Source of the DNA: an uncultured Nitrospira sp.
GTDB taxonomy: Bacteria > Nitrospirota > Nitrospiria > Nitrospirales > Nitrospiraceae
NCBI GenBank assembly: GCA_964412445.1
Contig: CAYPOR010000001.1
Span: forward strand, 15,586-79,585
Length of the DNA: 64,000 nucleotides
Direction of reading: 5' to 3'
The notes below the pieces were generated by a model. That model saw nothing but the letters and a program-made list of their open reading frames with translations, did no database searches and was not told the DNA's origin. Below, piece by piece: positions 1 to 9,246 of this stretch; positions within the stretch are counted from its first letter, which is position 1; every line of letters begins with the position of its first letter. The translations under genes and the position numbers were made by a program.

Positions 1-366
1 GCCGGACTTTTCCCTGGCAAGTGGGACCTGCGTGCAATGGGTTCGATGAAGACGATCAGCCAGTTCGACGACTATTACACCGCTCGCGATGGAGGCTATC
101 GGGACGGAGCCGATTACTACAACCGTGCAGGAGCCCGTCACGTGCTCAGACGGATCGCCGTTCCGGCATTGATCATTACCGCCCAGGACGACCCGTTCAT
201 CCCTTACGCTTTGTTCACCCGTCCGGAGCTTATCGAGAACCAATTCATCGCGCTCTTGGCTCCACGCCATGGCGGCCACTGCGGATTCTTCAGCCTGAGC
301 CACAACGGTGAAGACGCCTACTGGGCGGAAAACCGAATTATCGAGTTTGCGAGTCGCGCGCGGTAA
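1..366 (+). CDS. Alpha/beta-hydrolase, YheT-like (5' truncated by window edge)
   Basis: Frame 1 is open from base 1. The C-terminal part has FDDYYTA..G(Y)...DYY, IITAQDDPFIP (catalytic Asp) and GGHCGF (catalytic His), typical of YheT/ABHD-type hydrolases. Confidence 0.75.
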   Translation, partial: AGLFPGKWDLRAMGSMKTISQFDDYYTARDGGYRDGADYYNRAGARHVLRRIAVPALIITAQDDPFIPYALFTRPELIENQFIALLAPRHGGHCGFFSLSHNGEDAYWAENRIIEFASRAR

Positions 367-372
367 CTGACT

Positions 373-398
373 TGGCGGCCCCAGATATGAGGCCGCCA
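373..398. terminator. Stem-loop between convergent genes (possible bidirectional terminator)
   Basis: TGGCGGCC-N10-GGCCGCCA perfect 8-bp stem in the 46-bp gap between two convergent stop codons. No clear U-tract. Confidence 0.4.
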
Positions 399-412
399 CA
401 GGGGAGGGAGAG

Positions 413-871
413 CTAGGCGGCTTTCTTCAAACGCTGTGAATCGGTCGCAGCAACGAGCGGCGCGCAGGTTGTGACCCAGGTCATAATGAGCCAGGCGACG
501 GCAGCCACAATGCCCACGATAAACATCCAGTTATACATCCCTTTGGCGGACTTGGTCAGAAACGGTCCCCCGACCAGCAACAGGACACCGTAGGCCAGAA
601 TCACCGTAACCAGCGTCGTCACCGGAAGAATCAACGCCCGATAGGGCGACAACCATTTCAAATCTTCTGGAAGGTCCGCCGCCAGCTGGCGCGCGCCAAT
701 CCATGCCAGTGCCATCGCGCAACTATAGCCAAGGAACTGGACCAGATCTGAAGCTGTTAACTTTCCCACAGCCGTCTCGCGAAAGAGCGGGACCTGTCCA
801 AGAATCAGGGCGAATGCGCATGACAGCATCATCGCCACTCCGTATTGCATCATCCACGTCCGTGCTTTCAT
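413..871 (-). CDS. Hypothetical integral membrane protein (about 4 TM helices)
   Basis: ATG at 871 is preceded by AGGAGG. Four hydrophobic segments; no family recognised. Confidence 0.7.
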   Translation of the reverse strand: MKARTWMMQYGVAMMLSCAFALILGQVPLFRETAVGKLTASDLVQFLGYSCAMALAWIGARQLAADLPEDLKWLSPYRALILPVTTLVTVILAYGVLLLVGGPFLTKSAKGMYNWMFIVGIVAAVAWLIMTWVTTCAPLVAATDSQRLKKAA

Positions 872-996
872 AGTGACCCTCCTGCCGGCCACGGGGAACA
901 TCGACCGCGCCTTGCCAAGCATACCATCCAGACGGCCATTTCATAGAATCAACGTGTTATGCGCGCACGCGGTGAGATGAGCGAGTGACTGTCCGG

Positions 997-2481
997 TCAA
1001 ACGGATTGGAGGTAGGTGCGAACGTCCTGAACATACGTTTTGAACGGGTCGGGCATGGGAAACGGCGTACGGCCGTTGACCTGAAAGATCGACCAGTTGA
1101 TGACATACGCCGGAAAAAAATGTTCTCCCGGCGACGGATCGCCGATACCCTTCGCCGGACCGGCCGACAACAAATGCCGCACCAATTCACCACGGCCGAA
1201 GGCGCGCGTATTGCGCGGGGGATGTTCCATCGCCAGCGTAATCGCCTTGTCCGTCGTCATGCGAGGCGCCCGCCCCTCTTCGAGCAACCCGAAGTAGAGG
1301 CCGCGATCAACGTGCAAATTATGATACTCGAGATCAAGGCTCTTGAGCGCCGGATCCTGCCACTCCAGCTGTTCGGCGTCACGAAAGGATTCAAGCAGCC
1401 ATAATTTTGAGGCCCAATCGACCCGTCCGACCAGCTTGGCATAGTCGCCGCGCAAATCCGTCAGGACCGATTCCCACTGATCGAGCACCCAGTCCGTCTC
1501 CTCATCCTGCCCGGCATAGGCCTCCCGCGCGGCCGCGAGAAACTGCTCCTGAAGATCGACCGCCGACATCGTCCTGCCCGATTGCAGCCGCACGATCCAT
1601 TGGCGCGTCTGATCCTGCGAAATCTCTTGTAGCGTTTCGACCGGCTCATCGAGTTCCACACCGGACGGCGCCTTTCCCTCCTCGATCAGCTGCAAGACCA
1701 ATCCCGTCGTGCCCATTTTGAGCGCCGTCGCGACTTCGGCCATGTTCGAATCGCCGAGCAGCAGATGGATGCGCCGGTATTGATTGGGATCCGCCAGCGG
1801 CTCGTCCCTGGTATTGACGATCGCGCGGTTCTGCTGCACCCACTCGAAGAAATCGTTCACGATATGATCAGCCCGCTGCGAAATCTGATACGGAATCGTC
1901 GTCTGGGGGCCGTGCGAACGGAGCGCCCCGCGCGGCACGATCAGACGATCCATTTGAATCCAGGCATCCTGCGGATTGGCCGATCCGATACGGCCGGAGC
2001 CGGTGAAAATCTGTCTGGTGACCAGGAACGTCACCAGCGGACTCAGCCCTCTCCGGCTGAATGGAAACCGGCGGGTGACCAGATAGTTTTCGTGCGATCC
2101 GAACGTCGCGTCCGTCTCGTGATCGATATTGTTCTTGATGAGCGAAATGGTCTCGCCGAATCCCAAGGCTTCGATCGCCTCCTGCAGCAATTGATCGCCT
2201 GCCCGGTCGACCGCAACAAGATCGACGAGCGACTGGCATTCCGGCGAGGCATACTCCAGATGCCCCATGTCGAGATACATCCGGCCGGCATTGGTGAGAA
2301 ACCCTCCGTTCCCCGGCGGCTCGTCGTGCCCGCGATGGTGGAGATCCAGCACGCCCCGGTGCCGGGCATGAAACAGATGATCGAGGATCTTGTGGGCGAA
2401 CCAGGTAGGCGAGTGATCGGGACGATCCTCATTGACGAGGAGTCCGTACTCCGTTTCTATTCCGAAAATACGGTTTAACAT
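997..2481 (-). CDS. pafA: Pup/UBact-protein ligase PafA
   Basis: N-terminal RIFGIETEYG, GGFLTNAGRMYLDMGHLEYASPEC, GSHENY and RRIHLLLGDSN motifs. Last gene of the proteasome operon. Confidence 0.9.
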   Translation of the reverse strand: MLNRIFGIETEYGLLVNEDRPDHSPTWFAHKILDHLFHARHRGVLDLHHRGHDEPPGNGGFLTNAGRMYLDMGHLEYASPECQSLVDLVAVDRAGDQLLQEAIEALGFGETISLIKNNIDHETDATFGSHENYLVTRRFPFSRRGLSPLVTFLVTRQIFTGSGRIGSANPQDAWIQMDRLIVPRGALRSHGPQTTIPYQISQRADHIVNDFFEWVQQNRAIVNTRDEPLADPNQYRRIHLLLGDSNMAEVATALKMGTTGLVLQLIEEGKAPSGVELDEPVETLQEISQDQTRQWIVRLQSGRTMSAVDLQEQFLAAAREAYAGQDEETDWVLDQWESVLTDLRGDYAKLVGRVDWASKLWLLESFRDAEQLEWQDPALKSLDLEYHNLHVDRGLYFGLLEEGRAPRMTTDKAITLAMEHPPRNTRAFGRGELVRHLLSAGPAKGIGDPSPGEHFFPAYVINWSIFQVNGRTPFPMPDPFKTYVQDVRTYLQSV

Positions 2482-2482
2482 A

Positions 2483-3307
2483 TCAGCGCGTCACAACGGC
2501 CTGAAGATCGCCGGGAAGCAGTCGGGAAAGTTCGGCCGGCTTCAGCGCACGATATTTGGATGAACCGGCCTGCTGCCGCTCCAGGACCGCGCATTCCAGC
2601 GTCTTATCCGCCAATACCTCACGAAGATGCGCGTGCAACGCCGCCAGATCGGGAATCGATGCCGCCGCTCCGCGACCGGCCTCCTGCACTTCATCAATCG
2701 CCGCCTCGGCCGGATCCTGTTGATGCGCAAGCGACCCGATAGCCCAGGCGCGCAGCGCCAACAGCAAGCCCTGCTCAAGCGGACAGGCGGACGGCTTCTG
2801 CGCCTTCAGATATTCCTGCATACGCGCTTGCGCGGTCTTCGTCGCAGCCAGCACGGCATAATCTTTGAGTTCTTCAAACGTCCCGTCATAATTGATCGTG
2901 AGCAGCGTATCCTTCTCCGGCCTCTGGCCCAGCTCGGCCAGCAGAATCCTGACGATGAACGGCGCCTTATAGACCTCTTCAAAAGCCTGTTTGATGACCG
3001 GAGCGATTCCGTATTTCACCAGGCGGGAGCCGGTCACATCTGACGGAGACCGATTGAACCCCTCGGTGTGCGCCATCTCCAACAAGCTGAACCGGAGTTT
3101 TTCCAGATCCGCCGGATGCCCCATGCCTCCCAGGGCGATGCGATCGTAAATCTCGTACAGCTTCGACGTGCCCTTGCTGACGGTCGTCAGCAGCAGGCCC
3201 CCGTCGTAGCCCAGGGCCACCACCGGACTCCCCTGCCGAAACTGCTCATCGAGATAAGTCCGGCGGTTGCCGACTGCTTCGACCCACCGGTACGGTTCTT
3301 CATACAT
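2483..3307 (-). CDS. prcA: 20S proteasome alpha subunit
   Basis: N-terminal EPYRW..., GSPVVAL, KLYEIYDRIALGGMG resemble actinobacterial PrcA. Lies between prcB and pafA. Confidence 0.9.
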   Translation of the reverse strand: MYEEPYRWVEAVGNRRTYLDEQFRQGSPVVALGYDGGLLLTTVSKGTSKLYEIYDRIALGGMGHPADLEKLRFSLLEMAHTEGFNRSPSDVTGSRLVKYGIAPVIKQAFEEVYKAPFIVRILLAELGQRPEKDTLLTINYDGTFEELKDYAVLAATKTAQARMQEYLKAQKPSACPLEQGLLLALRAWAIGSLAHQQDPAEAAIDEVQEAGRGAAASIPDLAALHAHLREVLADKTLECAVLERQQAGSSKYRALKPAELSRLLPGDLQAVVTR

Positions 3308-4073
3308 GGCGCGACACCTTCGTTTCGAACAATTGTTTCAATGTGGAGTCCGGGACGGTCCTCAACCCTTCCTGCGTAATGAACTTGACGACCGGATAGA
3401 GACTTGCTTCCCGATTCACCCCGCCGGTAGCCGAATCGAACTCAGCAGCACTGGTCAAGAGGCGCAACGCCTGCACAGTCGCCTCTTCCTCCGTCAGCGC
3501 GGCCAGGGGACGTTCGCCCCAGGTGTTCACATAGTGCAGAATCCCGCGGATGGTCGGCGACCCGGAACCGGAGACCGCATACTCGACACCTTCAAACTCG
3601 GCCCCGAGAATGTCGTAGAAGAAGATCTTGGCCGCCCCCTGCTCGAAGTCATAGCCGGCAAACACGGGCACCACAGCGCCGGTCCCCGCCAGTGCCGCGG
3701 CGACATTTTCTTTTAACAGCTTCGACACCGCGCGCAGCTTTCCCTCGAAGCTCAATTCCTGCAGCTGAGTCCGCCGGTAGTATTTAAACGAGTGTTCAAG
3801 CACCCGCACCATCTCATAAGCCGTGGCCGGAACCCCCGCAATGGCCATGACGCTGTGCCGGTCGATTTCGAGGACCTTGTCCGTCCGGTCATACATCACC
3901 ATATTGCCGGCCGTCGCCCGGCGATCGCCGGCGACGAGAACGCCGTCACGATACTTGAACGCGAGAATCGTCGTCGCAGTCGGCAGCTCGACTCCCGATC
4001 CGGCAGCCGCCGGCTGGCCGAACTGATAACCCTGCTCCTTCAACAGCTGATAAAAATCCCCCTGCATCCCCAT
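3300..4073 (-). CDS. prcB: 20S proteasome beta subunit (Ntn-hydrolase, about 33-aa propeptide)
   Basis: TTILAF..GVLVAGDRRATAG...DK gives Thr1, Asp17 and Lys33 at correct spacing; SGSG motif present. Confidence 0.92.
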   Translation of the reverse strand: MGMQGDFYQLLKEQGYQFGQPAAAGSGVELPTATTILAFKYRDGVLVAGDRRATAGNMVMYDRTDKVLEIDRHSVMAIAGVPATAYEMVRVLEHSFKYYRRTQLQELSFEGKLRAVSKLLKENVAAALAGTGAVVPVFAGYDFEQGAAKIFFYDILGAEFEGVEYAVSGSGSPTIRGILHYVNTWGERPLAALTEEEATVQALRLLTSAAEFDSATGGVNREASLYPVVKFITQEGLRTVPDSTLKQLFETKVSRHV

Positions 4074-4084
4074 CGGTTCACCTT

Positions 4085-4167
4085 AGTGCTGAGTAAAAAG
4101 TGCTGAGTGCTGAGTTTTGAACCCTGAACCTGGCGTTTCGCTCAGCACTCAGGACCCAGCACTTTTT
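4085..4167. repeat. Heptamer (AGTGCTG / CAGCACT) tandem repeats arranged as an inverted repeat
   Basis: Left arm AAAAAGTGCTGAGTGCTGAG plus one more AGTGCTG copy; right arm CTCAGCACTCAGGACCCAGCACTTTTT. Located in the ubact-prcB gap. Confidence 0.7.
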
Positions 4168-4170
4168 CAA

Positions 4171-4365
4171 CTATTCCCCCGTCCGCTGCCGGTACCGCTC
4201 CGCCTGCTTCGGATCGACCTTCTTCATCCGCTTCATCAAACTGTCCTTGTCGGGCGATCCGGTATCGGGACGCTTCGGGCCGCCGCCCTCTTCCGACGGG
4301 CTCGGCGCCTTCGGCATCGGATCACCCGGTCCCTCGCGCCGCTCAGGCATCATGTGATAGATCAT
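4171..4365 (-). CDS. ubact: Ubiquitin-like protein UBact (Pup functional analogue)
   Basis: 64-aa, Pro/Gly/charged disordered protein ending ...ERYRQRTGE. Occupies the pup position between dop and prcB; ATGA overlap with the dop stop and an upstream GAAGGA. Confidence 0.85.
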   Translation of the reverse strand: MIYHMMPERREGPGDPMPKAPSPSEEGGGPKRPDTGSPDKDSLMKRMKKVDPKQAERYRQRTGE

Positions 4366-5894
4366 GACTGTGATTCCTTTCGTATCTCCCAGGCGGCCAG
4401 ACCATCGGCCGGAGCAGCCGCCCGTTCAAAAATTTCCGCACAGGCCCTCACCTCGCCCGGATCGAACAGGTCGCCCATCTCCAGCACTTTTCCCTTGCCC
4501 TTCAACCCGCCCGCGAACTGAATCCGTTCCCACTGCATCGCCTTGATCTGATCGGGAAACCGCCGCACACAGAGTCCGCGCAGCCCGCCTCGGGTATCAC
4601 CAGGACCGGCCGACAGCGCCTGCTCAATGTCGGCCTCCGTCGTCATGCGCCAGGCCTTGCCTTCGGCTTCCAACCCGAGATACAGCCCGCGGTCCGCATT
4701 CACATTGTGATACTCGAGATCCAGACTGGCCATCCAAGGATCATCCCAGCCGATGCGTTCTTCCCGGATGAACGTCTCGAACAACCAGAGTTTGGTCACC
4801 CAATCGAGCTTGCCGACCAGCCGGCCGCGATCCTGTTTGAGCAACTCCAAGGTGTCGCCCCATTCGCGCAACACCCAGTCCGTGTCCGCATCGGCGCCGG
4901 CCAGCATGCGCCTGGCCGCCGTGTAATACTGCTCCTGAATCTCGATCCCGGAAAGAGCCGACCCTTGCTTCTGCCTCACGGCGGCCTTGAGGTCGGGATC
5001 CCGGGAAATCTGCTTCACCGCTGCAACCGGATCGGCCAGTTCAATCGCCGGGGCCGCACCCCGGTCGATCAACTCCAGCACCAATTGCGTCGTGCCGACC
5101 TTCAACGCCGTGGCATACTCGCACATATTGGCATCGCCGATGATCAGATGCAGCCGCCGGTACTTCGTCCGGTCGGCATGCGGCTCATCCCTGGTGTTCA
5201 GAACGGGCCGGTTATGCATCGTATCGACGCTCAGATCCGTCTCCATGAAATCGGCCCGCTGGGAGAGCTGATACTGCCCCGGAACGAATCCGCTTTCCTG
5301 CGCCTCGATGCCGACCTTTCCCGCACCGGCAATCACCTGGCGGCTCACGAGGAACGGGAGGAGCCCTGCGACCAGTTGCGGGAACGGAATCGAGCGCGAC
5401 ACGAGATAATTGTCGTGACAGCCGTAACTATGGCCGTGCAGATCGGTGTTGTTCTTGTACAGCTGTACGTGCGGCCCGCCCAGAGCGCGATTTCTCCGCT
5501 CAGCCGCGCGCTGCACCACCCGCTCGCCGGCCCGATCGTGGGCGAGCAGATCGCGCAAGGTCCGGCATTCCGGAGTCGAATATTCCGGATGGGTATGGTC
5601 GTTATAAAACCGGGCGCCGTTCGGCAGCACCAGGTCGCTTTTCATCTCATGAAATGAAAAGGGCCGGTGCGCATCGATCCTGGCGAAGTCGTCTTCTTCC
5701 TTATCCTGTTGGAGTCCGGACACCCGGAATCCACGGGCGTCGTCGTGCGGATCTTCGCCGCCATAATCCCAGCGCCGTTCGAACGACGCCGTCAAATGGG
5801 CGCGCACCAGCTCCATGGACTCGACGACCGGATCCACTTCCTCAAGATCCTCGCGCGTAATCCCGTACTCTGTTTCAATCCCGTAGAGTCGCAT
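4362..5894 (-). CDS. dop: Depupylase/deamidase Dop
   Basis: Start MRLYGIETEYG at 5894 (the ORF-track extension to 5999 overlaps arc). GARFYNDHTHPEYSTPEC, YKNNTD and GHSYGCHDNY are Dop-type motifs. Confidence 0.9.
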   Translation of the reverse strand: MRLYGIETEYGITREDLEEVDPVVESMELVRAHLTASFERRWDYGGEDPHDDARGFRVSGLQQDKEEDDFARIDAHRPFSFHEMKSDLVLPNGARFYNDHTHPEYSTPECRTLRDLLAHDRAGERVVQRAAERRNRALGGPHVQLYKNNTDLHGHSYGCHDNYLVSRSIPFPQLVAGLLPFLVSRQVIAGAGKVGIEAQESGFVPGQYQLSQRADFMETDLSVDTMHNRPVLNTRDEPHADRTKYRRLHLIIGDANMCEYATALKVGTTQLVLELIDRGAAPAIELADPVAAVKQISRDPDLKAAVRQKQGSALSGIEIQEQYYTAARRMLAGADADTDWVLREWGDTLELLKQDRGRLVGKLDWVTKLWLFETFIREERIGWDDPWMASLDLEYHNVNADRGLYLGLEAEGKAWRMTTEADIEQALSAGPGDTRGGLRGLCVRRFPDQIKAMQWERIQFAGGLKGKGKVLEMGDLFDPGEVRACAEIFERAAAPADGLAAWEIRKESQS

Positions 5895-5896
5895 GA

Positions 5897-7624
5897 CTAG
5901 ATAATCTGATTGACCAAGCGCTCTTCCGTCTGCCGGCCGCGCCGGAAGGACGACACGCCGACGACCTGCTCGGGGTGATGATCGAGCAGCTTCAACCACT
6001 CTTCCGCCGCGTCGTCCGGCGGCAGCATCTCCCCTTCGCGGAATTCTTCCGACACAGAATCGGTGAGGTCCTTTGCGATGAGCCCCGCCGACTGTCCCGA
6101 CTGGATCATGCGATCGATCGCTTTTTCCTTCGCGCGCTGGACGATCGAGGAAAGAATCGCCCCGCTCACGAGATCGCCCCGATAGAGCACCTTGTGTTGG
6201 CCGCTCCGGAGCCGGATCGAGAGGAGGCGGTTCTCGTCCATCCGTTTGTAAATCTGTTCGATGACCTCTTCCACCAGCGAGGCAACGGCCTTCGCCTTGT
6301 CCCCGCCCTGCCCGGCAACGAGCGCCTGATCCAGCGGCAATTCGTTCGTGAGATACACCTTCAGAATCTCCGCAGCCGACTCGCGATTCGGACGGCTAAC
6401 CTTGATCTTGCGGTCGATCCGCCCGGGCCGCAGGACCGCGGGATCGATCAGATCCGGCCGGTTCGACGCGAGAATGATCACGACATCCCGCAGCGATTCA
6501 ATCCCGTCCATCTCGGAGCAGAACATCGGCACCAGCGTGCTCGAAATATTGAACGAGCGCGACGCCCGTCTGGTTCCCAGAATCGACTCGGCCTCGTCGA
6601 TGAAAATAAACGGCAGCGCGCCCTCGCGCCGGCGGGCTCTGGCCTTGGCAAAGAGATCGCGAACCATGCGCTCCGACTCGCCGAGCCACATGTTCAGAAT
6701 TTCAGGCCCTTTGATATGGAGGAATGCGCCGCCGGTGATCGCGGGCAGCGTCTCAGTCTTTCCGCCGGCCGCCATCGACTCGCTCACAAGCTTCGAGAGG
6801 CTGGCGGCGGCAGCCTGGCCGATCAGTGTTTTCCCGCAGCCCGGAGGGCCGTAGAGCAGAAAGCCCTTCGGCTGCGTGAACTTGAACTGCTGAAACGTCT
6901 CCGCGTGCATCAGCGGATATTCGATCGCCTTGCGGATGGCGCTGATCGCGTCCTGCTGGCCGCCGATCTGCTCCCAGCTCACCGTCGGCACTTCATCGAG
7001 GACATGGGTCTTGGCTTTGCGGTCTTCCAGCTTCTCGATCGCGATCCGGTGCCCCGGATCGATCCGCAGTTCATCTCCGGCCTTCAACTCCACCCCGACC
7101 AGGTCGCTCGACCGTTGCAGGATCAGCGACTGGCGGCCCATCTCCTGCTCGAAGCGCAGACGGCCATCCGGTAATGCTTCCGTCAGCTTGAGCACCGGCC
7201 CGTTCAGGTCATAGCCCAGCGTCTTGATGACCGCATAGGCTTCGTTCACCAGAATCTGCGCGCCGATCTTCAACTCAGCGGCAGCCACACGAGGATCCAC
7301 ATTCGCGTAATACTCGGCCCCGCCGACCACGATCCTGGCCAGGCCCTCGCCCGGCAGATCGAGCAACGTGCCGATCCGGTTGGCCGGCGCCGTCAGCTTC
7401 GCCACGACCTCGCTGATTTTTTTATATTCGGCTTCCCGCTGCTGCTGACCGGCGGCGGCCAGCATGACGGAGTGCCGGAGTTTGTAGAGAATCTGCTGAC
7501 GGGGATCGTTCTCAGGAAAGGAGGCCAGGCACTGCTCGATGAGATCGAGGGGGTCTGCGGTCGCCTGCGCCGGTCGCTTCGCTGCTCCGGCCTGCCCTGT
7601 ATCGTCTGGTCGATGGTCGCTCAT
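5897..7624 (-). CDS. arc: Proteasome-associated AAA ATPase (ARC/Mpa family)
   Basis: N-terminal coiled coil, interdomain OB-like region, Walker A GPPGCGKT, Walker B FIFIDEAE, IILASNRPDLIDPAVLRPGRIDRKI. Confidence 0.92.
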   Translation of the reverse strand: MSDHRPDDTGQAGAAKRPAQATADPLDLIEQCLASFPENDPRQQILYKLRHSVMLAAAGQQQREAEYKKISEVVAKLTAPANRIGTLLDLPGEGLARIVVGGAEYYANVDPRVAAAELKIGAQILVNEAYAVIKTLGYDLNGPVLKLTEALPDGRLRFEQEMGRQSLILQRSSDLVGVELKAGDELRIDPGHRIAIEKLEDRKAKTHVLDEVPTVSWEQIGGQQDAISAIRKAIEYPLMHAETFQQFKFTQPKGFLLYGPPGCGKTLIGQAAAASLSKLVSESMAAGGKTETLPAITGGAFLHIKGPEILNMWLGESERMVRDLFAKARARRREGALPFIFIDEAESILGTRRASRSFNISSTLVPMFCSEMDGIESLRDVVIILASNRPDLIDPAVLRPGRIDRKIKVSRPNRESAAEILKVYLTNELPLDQALVAGQGGDKAKAVASLVEEVIEQIYKRMDENRLLSIRLRSGQHKVLYRGDLVSGAILSSIVQRAKEKAIDRMIQSGQSAGLIAKDLTDSVSEEFREGEMLPPDDAAEEWLKLLDHHPEQVVGVSSFRRGRQTEERLVNQII

Positions 7625-7650
7625 AGCAATCTCCAGGTTGGTCAGGCGTC

Positions 7651-7659
7651 ATCATAACA
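7651..7659 (-). promoter_or_regulatory. Possible extended -10 promoter for arc operon
   Basis: Minus strand TGtTATGAT about 27 nt upstream of the arc ATG. No recognisable -35. Confidence 0.3.
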
Positions 7660-7686
7660 ACATGTCGAAGCCGGACGCTACCGGCG

Positions 7687-8826
7687 TCAGTTGACCGCCT
7701 GGAGGGTAAGGGAGAGCTGCTGCCGTTTGTTCGCGCGGAGAATCTCGAGCGTCACCTGATCGCCGACCTTATGCGCCTCCATGACATCCATCATGTCGTC
7801 GATCGTCTCGACCGGCTTCCCGTCGATGGCGACCACGATGTCGCCGAGTTCGATCCGGCCGGCCTGCGTCTCCCGCGCGCCCCGCAGCCCGGCGCGATCG
7901 GCACTCCCGCCGCGCGCCACCTTCCCGATCACCAGCCCCTTGATGCCCCACCGTTTGACGATGGAATCAGGCACCAGCGACACGCCCAATCCCGGCCTGA
8001 TGAGCTTCCCGTGCTTGATCAGCTCCGGCACGATACGATTCACCGTGTCCACCGGAACCGCGAACCCGATGCCGGCATAGGCGCCGCTGGGACTGACGAT
8101 TTGCGTGTTCACGCCGATCAGCCGCCCGCTGCTGTCGAGCAGCGGCCCGCCGGAGTTGCCCGGATTGATCGCCGCGTCGGTTTGTACCACGCCCTCGATC
8201 GTCCGGTTCGACATCGACTTGATGGTCCGTCCCAGCGCGCTCACCACCCCCGTCGTCAGGGTATGGTCCAGCCCGAAGGGATTGCCGATCGCCAGGACTT
8301 TCTGCCCGACCCGCAAATCGTGCGACGCGCCGATCGCCAGCGGCTCCAGCAGAGTCTCCGGAACCTTGATCTGGAGCACCGCCAGGTCATGATCCGGATC
8401 GGCCCCCACGATCTTGGCCTGGTGCTCGCTCCGGTCGGCCAGCGTCACCTTGATCGCATCGGCCCCGTAGATGACATGAAAATTTGTGACGATATAGCCC
8501 TGCTTGCTCCAGATAAATCCGGAGCCGGAGCCCTGCGGGACTTCCATCGTATCGAAGGACCAGATGTCGCGTTGAATGGCGGTATTGGCGATGAAAACGA
8601 CCGACTTGGTGGCCCGCTCGAACACCGCCATGGTCGCGCGCTCGTCCGGGCTGAGTTCGGCCGGGGCGGGCGTCACCGGCCTGGGTCTGCCATCCGCGCC
8701 GTCGTACGCCCCGCCGAGCGGTTTGCCCCACTCGGCTCCCGTGGCCCATGCGCCACAGGCCAGCACGGCGGCACCCGCTGTCGCGCGCACAAGCCCTCGC
8801 ATGACGGACCGCAGCCTCATGATCAC
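7687..8826 (-). CDS. HtrA/DegP-family periplasmic serine protease with one PDZ domain
   Basis: Signal/TM segment; triad motifs VTNFHVI, DHDLAVL, INPGNSGGPL; C-terminal PDZ (GLVIGKV...AGL...GDIVVAIDG). Confidence 0.9.
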   Translation of the reverse strand: MIMRLRSVMRGLVRATAGAAVLACGAWATGAEWGKPLGGAYDGADGRPRPVTPAPAELSPDERATMAVFERATKSVVFIANTAIQRDIWSFDTMEVPQGSGSGFIWSKQGYIVTNFHVIYGADAIKVTLADRSEHQAKIVGADPDHDLAVLQIKVPETLLEPLAIGASHDLRVGQKVLAIGNPFGLDHTLTTGVVSALGRTIKSMSNRTIEGVVQTDAAINPGNSGGPLLDSSGRLIGVNTQIVSPSGAYAGIGFAVPVDTVNRIVPELIKHGKLIRPGLGVSLVPDSIVKRWGIKGLVIGKVARGGSADRAGLRGARETQAGRIELGDIVVAIDGKPVETIDDMMDVMEAHKVGDQVTLEILRANKRQQLSLTLQAVN

Positions 8827-9245
8827 TCACCGATGATTTGGAAGATCAACTCGCGCGTGCGTGAACGCGTATCGAAATCGACCACGACGATCTGCTGCCA
8901 GGTGCCCAGCAGCAGCGCGCCCCCGGAAAACGGAATCGTGACGGACGGCCCCTGCAACTGCCCGCGAAGGTGGCTGTGCCCGTTGTCTTCGCCGGCATTT
9001 CTCGTATTGTGCTGCCACGCCGGATCGGCCGGCACCGCTCGATCCCAAAACGTTTTCGTGTCGGCGCGAATGCCCGGCTCGTCTTCGATGATCATGACCG
9101 ACGCCGTCGTGTGCTTCACGAACACCGTGACGATCCCGGCGCGCAGACCCGAATCGGCAACCGCGGCCTGCACCGGCTTCGTCAGATTCTCGATGTGCGT
9201 GTCGCCGCGCAGATCCACCCGGGAGACAACGGTGTTCACAGTCAT
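8823..9245 (-). CDS. yjbQ: YjbQ / UPF0047 family protein (secondary thiamine-phosphate synthase family)
   Basis: VFVKHTTASVMIIEDEPG, HN...EDNGHSHLR, LLLGTWQQIVVVDFD. Start at 9245 (MTVNTVVSR). Confidence 0.85.
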   Translation of the reverse strand: MTVNTVVSRVDLRGDTHIENLTKPVQAAVADSGLRAGIVTVFVKHTTASVMIIEDEPGIRADTKTFWDRAVPADPAWQHNTRNAGEDNGHSHLRGQLQGPSVTIPFSGGALLLGTWQQIVVVDFDTRSRTRELIFQIIGE

Positions 9246-9246
9246 G

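Noticed and set aside
5895-5999. N-terminal extension of dop given by the ORF track
   Set aside because: Overlaps the arc 3' end; the family-typical start MRLYGIETEYG is at 5894.
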